45,593 nt of DNA, from positions 1 through 45,593 of IMG/VR virus record IMGVR_UViG_3300043580_000111; one strand, written 5' to 3'. The translations under genes were made by a program, and so were the position numbers. Positions 44,846 through 45,593 of this stretch are shown here, in pieces. How positions within the stretch are numbered: position 1 is the stretch's first letter; each line of letters starts with the position of its first letter. This DNA comes from a virus. Taxonomy: Duplodnaviria > Caudoviricetes. The notes beneath the pieces are model-generated. The model saw only the letters and a program-made list of their open reading frames with translations, was not told the origin of the DNA and searched no databases.

Positions 44846-45593
44846 ATGTCCGAATCCACTTCCACCCCCTCCGCCCCAGCCCCTTCGTCCACACCGGCCG
44901 CCACGCCCGCACCAGCCCCAACAACCCCCTCAACCGATTCCGGTGTATCGCCGCCGGCGAATGACCGCCCGCCGATCTCCGTCTCCGAGGCGGCGCGTCT
45001 GTTGTCGCGCCAGCGGCGTGAAGGCGCACCCCCTCCGCCACCGACGGTAACTACCCCCGACAGGCGTCCACCGGCGGCGGAACTGGCGAAAGCAGCCCCA
45101 CCTACTCCTCCAACACCGCCAACACCGGCCCCCTCGCCACTCAGCGCGATGGAAAAGGCCCTCGGCGTGCCTCCAACGGCTCCGCCATCGCAAGAGTCCA
45201 CCCTCCAGACCCCTCCGTCCCCCACCGATGGCCTGTTACCCGGCGAAATCGAGATCGAGGGCCGTAAACTGCGGACCATGGCGGAGCTGCGGAAGTACGC
45301 CGCCGATAAATCGGCTGATTACACCGTTAAATCGCAGGAACTGGCGACGGAAAGGCAGGCGCTGGCGGCCGAACGCCAGCAGATGCGGGCTCAGCAGCAG
45401 GCGCTGGCTGAAGTCCTTCCCCATATCCAGCCGGAGCTGCTGCGCCTTCAGGAAATGGTCCAGAATCCGCCTCAACCGCCTGATCCCTCCCTGATCGAGA
45501 CCAATCAGCAGCAGTATCTGCGCGAGCGCGCCCAGTATGAGCACGCCCTGGCCGAGCAGCAGCGGCTGTTCAGTCTCAATAACCTCCAGAGCG
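44846..45593 (+). CDS. Scaffolding protein, allele B (3'-truncated)
   Basis: atgtccgaatccacttcc... is homologous to 2461; runs off the window end. Confidence 0.85.
   Translation, partial: MSESTSTPSAPAPSSTPAATPAPAPTTPSTDSGVSPPANDRPPISVSEAARLLSRQRREGAPPPPPTVTTPDRRPPAAELAKAAPPTPPTPPTPAPSPLSAMEKALGVPPTAPPSQESTLQTPPSPTDGLLPGEIEIEGRKLRTMAELRKYAADKSADYTVKSQELATERQALAAERQQMRAQQQALAEVLPHIQPELLRLQEMVQNPPQPPDPSLIETNQQQYLRERAQYEHALAEQQRLFSLNNLQS

Larger units (their letters stand above)
41076..45593 (+). repeat. Imperfect direct repeat, copy B, with four extra genes
   Basis: Collinear with 1-3220 but 4518 nt long versus 3220 nt. Confidence 0.93.

Overview
The window holds essentially one complete, high-GC, podovirus-type dsDNA phage genome (unit length about 41-42 kb), followed by a second, clearly diverged copy of its portal-to-scaffold region (1-3220 vs 41076-45593). 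The + strand carries packaging and virion genes: terS, terL, portal, a variable cassette, scaffold, major capsid, adaptor, fibres/tailspike, tail nozzle and ejection proteins with a tail lysozyme. A - strand block has an APSE-type replication module (SNF2 helicase, DUF2800 nuclease, DUF2815 SSB, PolA) that runs into a cargo block (beta-helix protein, PEP-CTERM protein, small Trp-rich membrane ORFs). A + strand early block has small Zn-finger/HTH genes, a primase-helicase and RuvC. I recognised no integrase, endolysin, tRNA or CRISPR array. An alphaproteobacterial host (Acetobacteraceae/Rhodospirillales-like) is inferred, not shown. Main leads: (1) a HiPIP-like 4-Cys [4Fe-4S] domain fused to a virion fibre, in a virion that also has a 10x HxH metal-binding needle; (2) an expandable cassette between portal and scaffold encoding proteins that share a 'MASLL' leader (ART-like, lysozyme-like); (3) a phage-encoded PEP-CTERM surface protein next to a beta-helix enzyme; (4) a structured leader before the capsid gene and a large hairpin with an alternating purine-pyrimidine core after the primase. 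All family calls come from motif recognition by eye; no searches were run.
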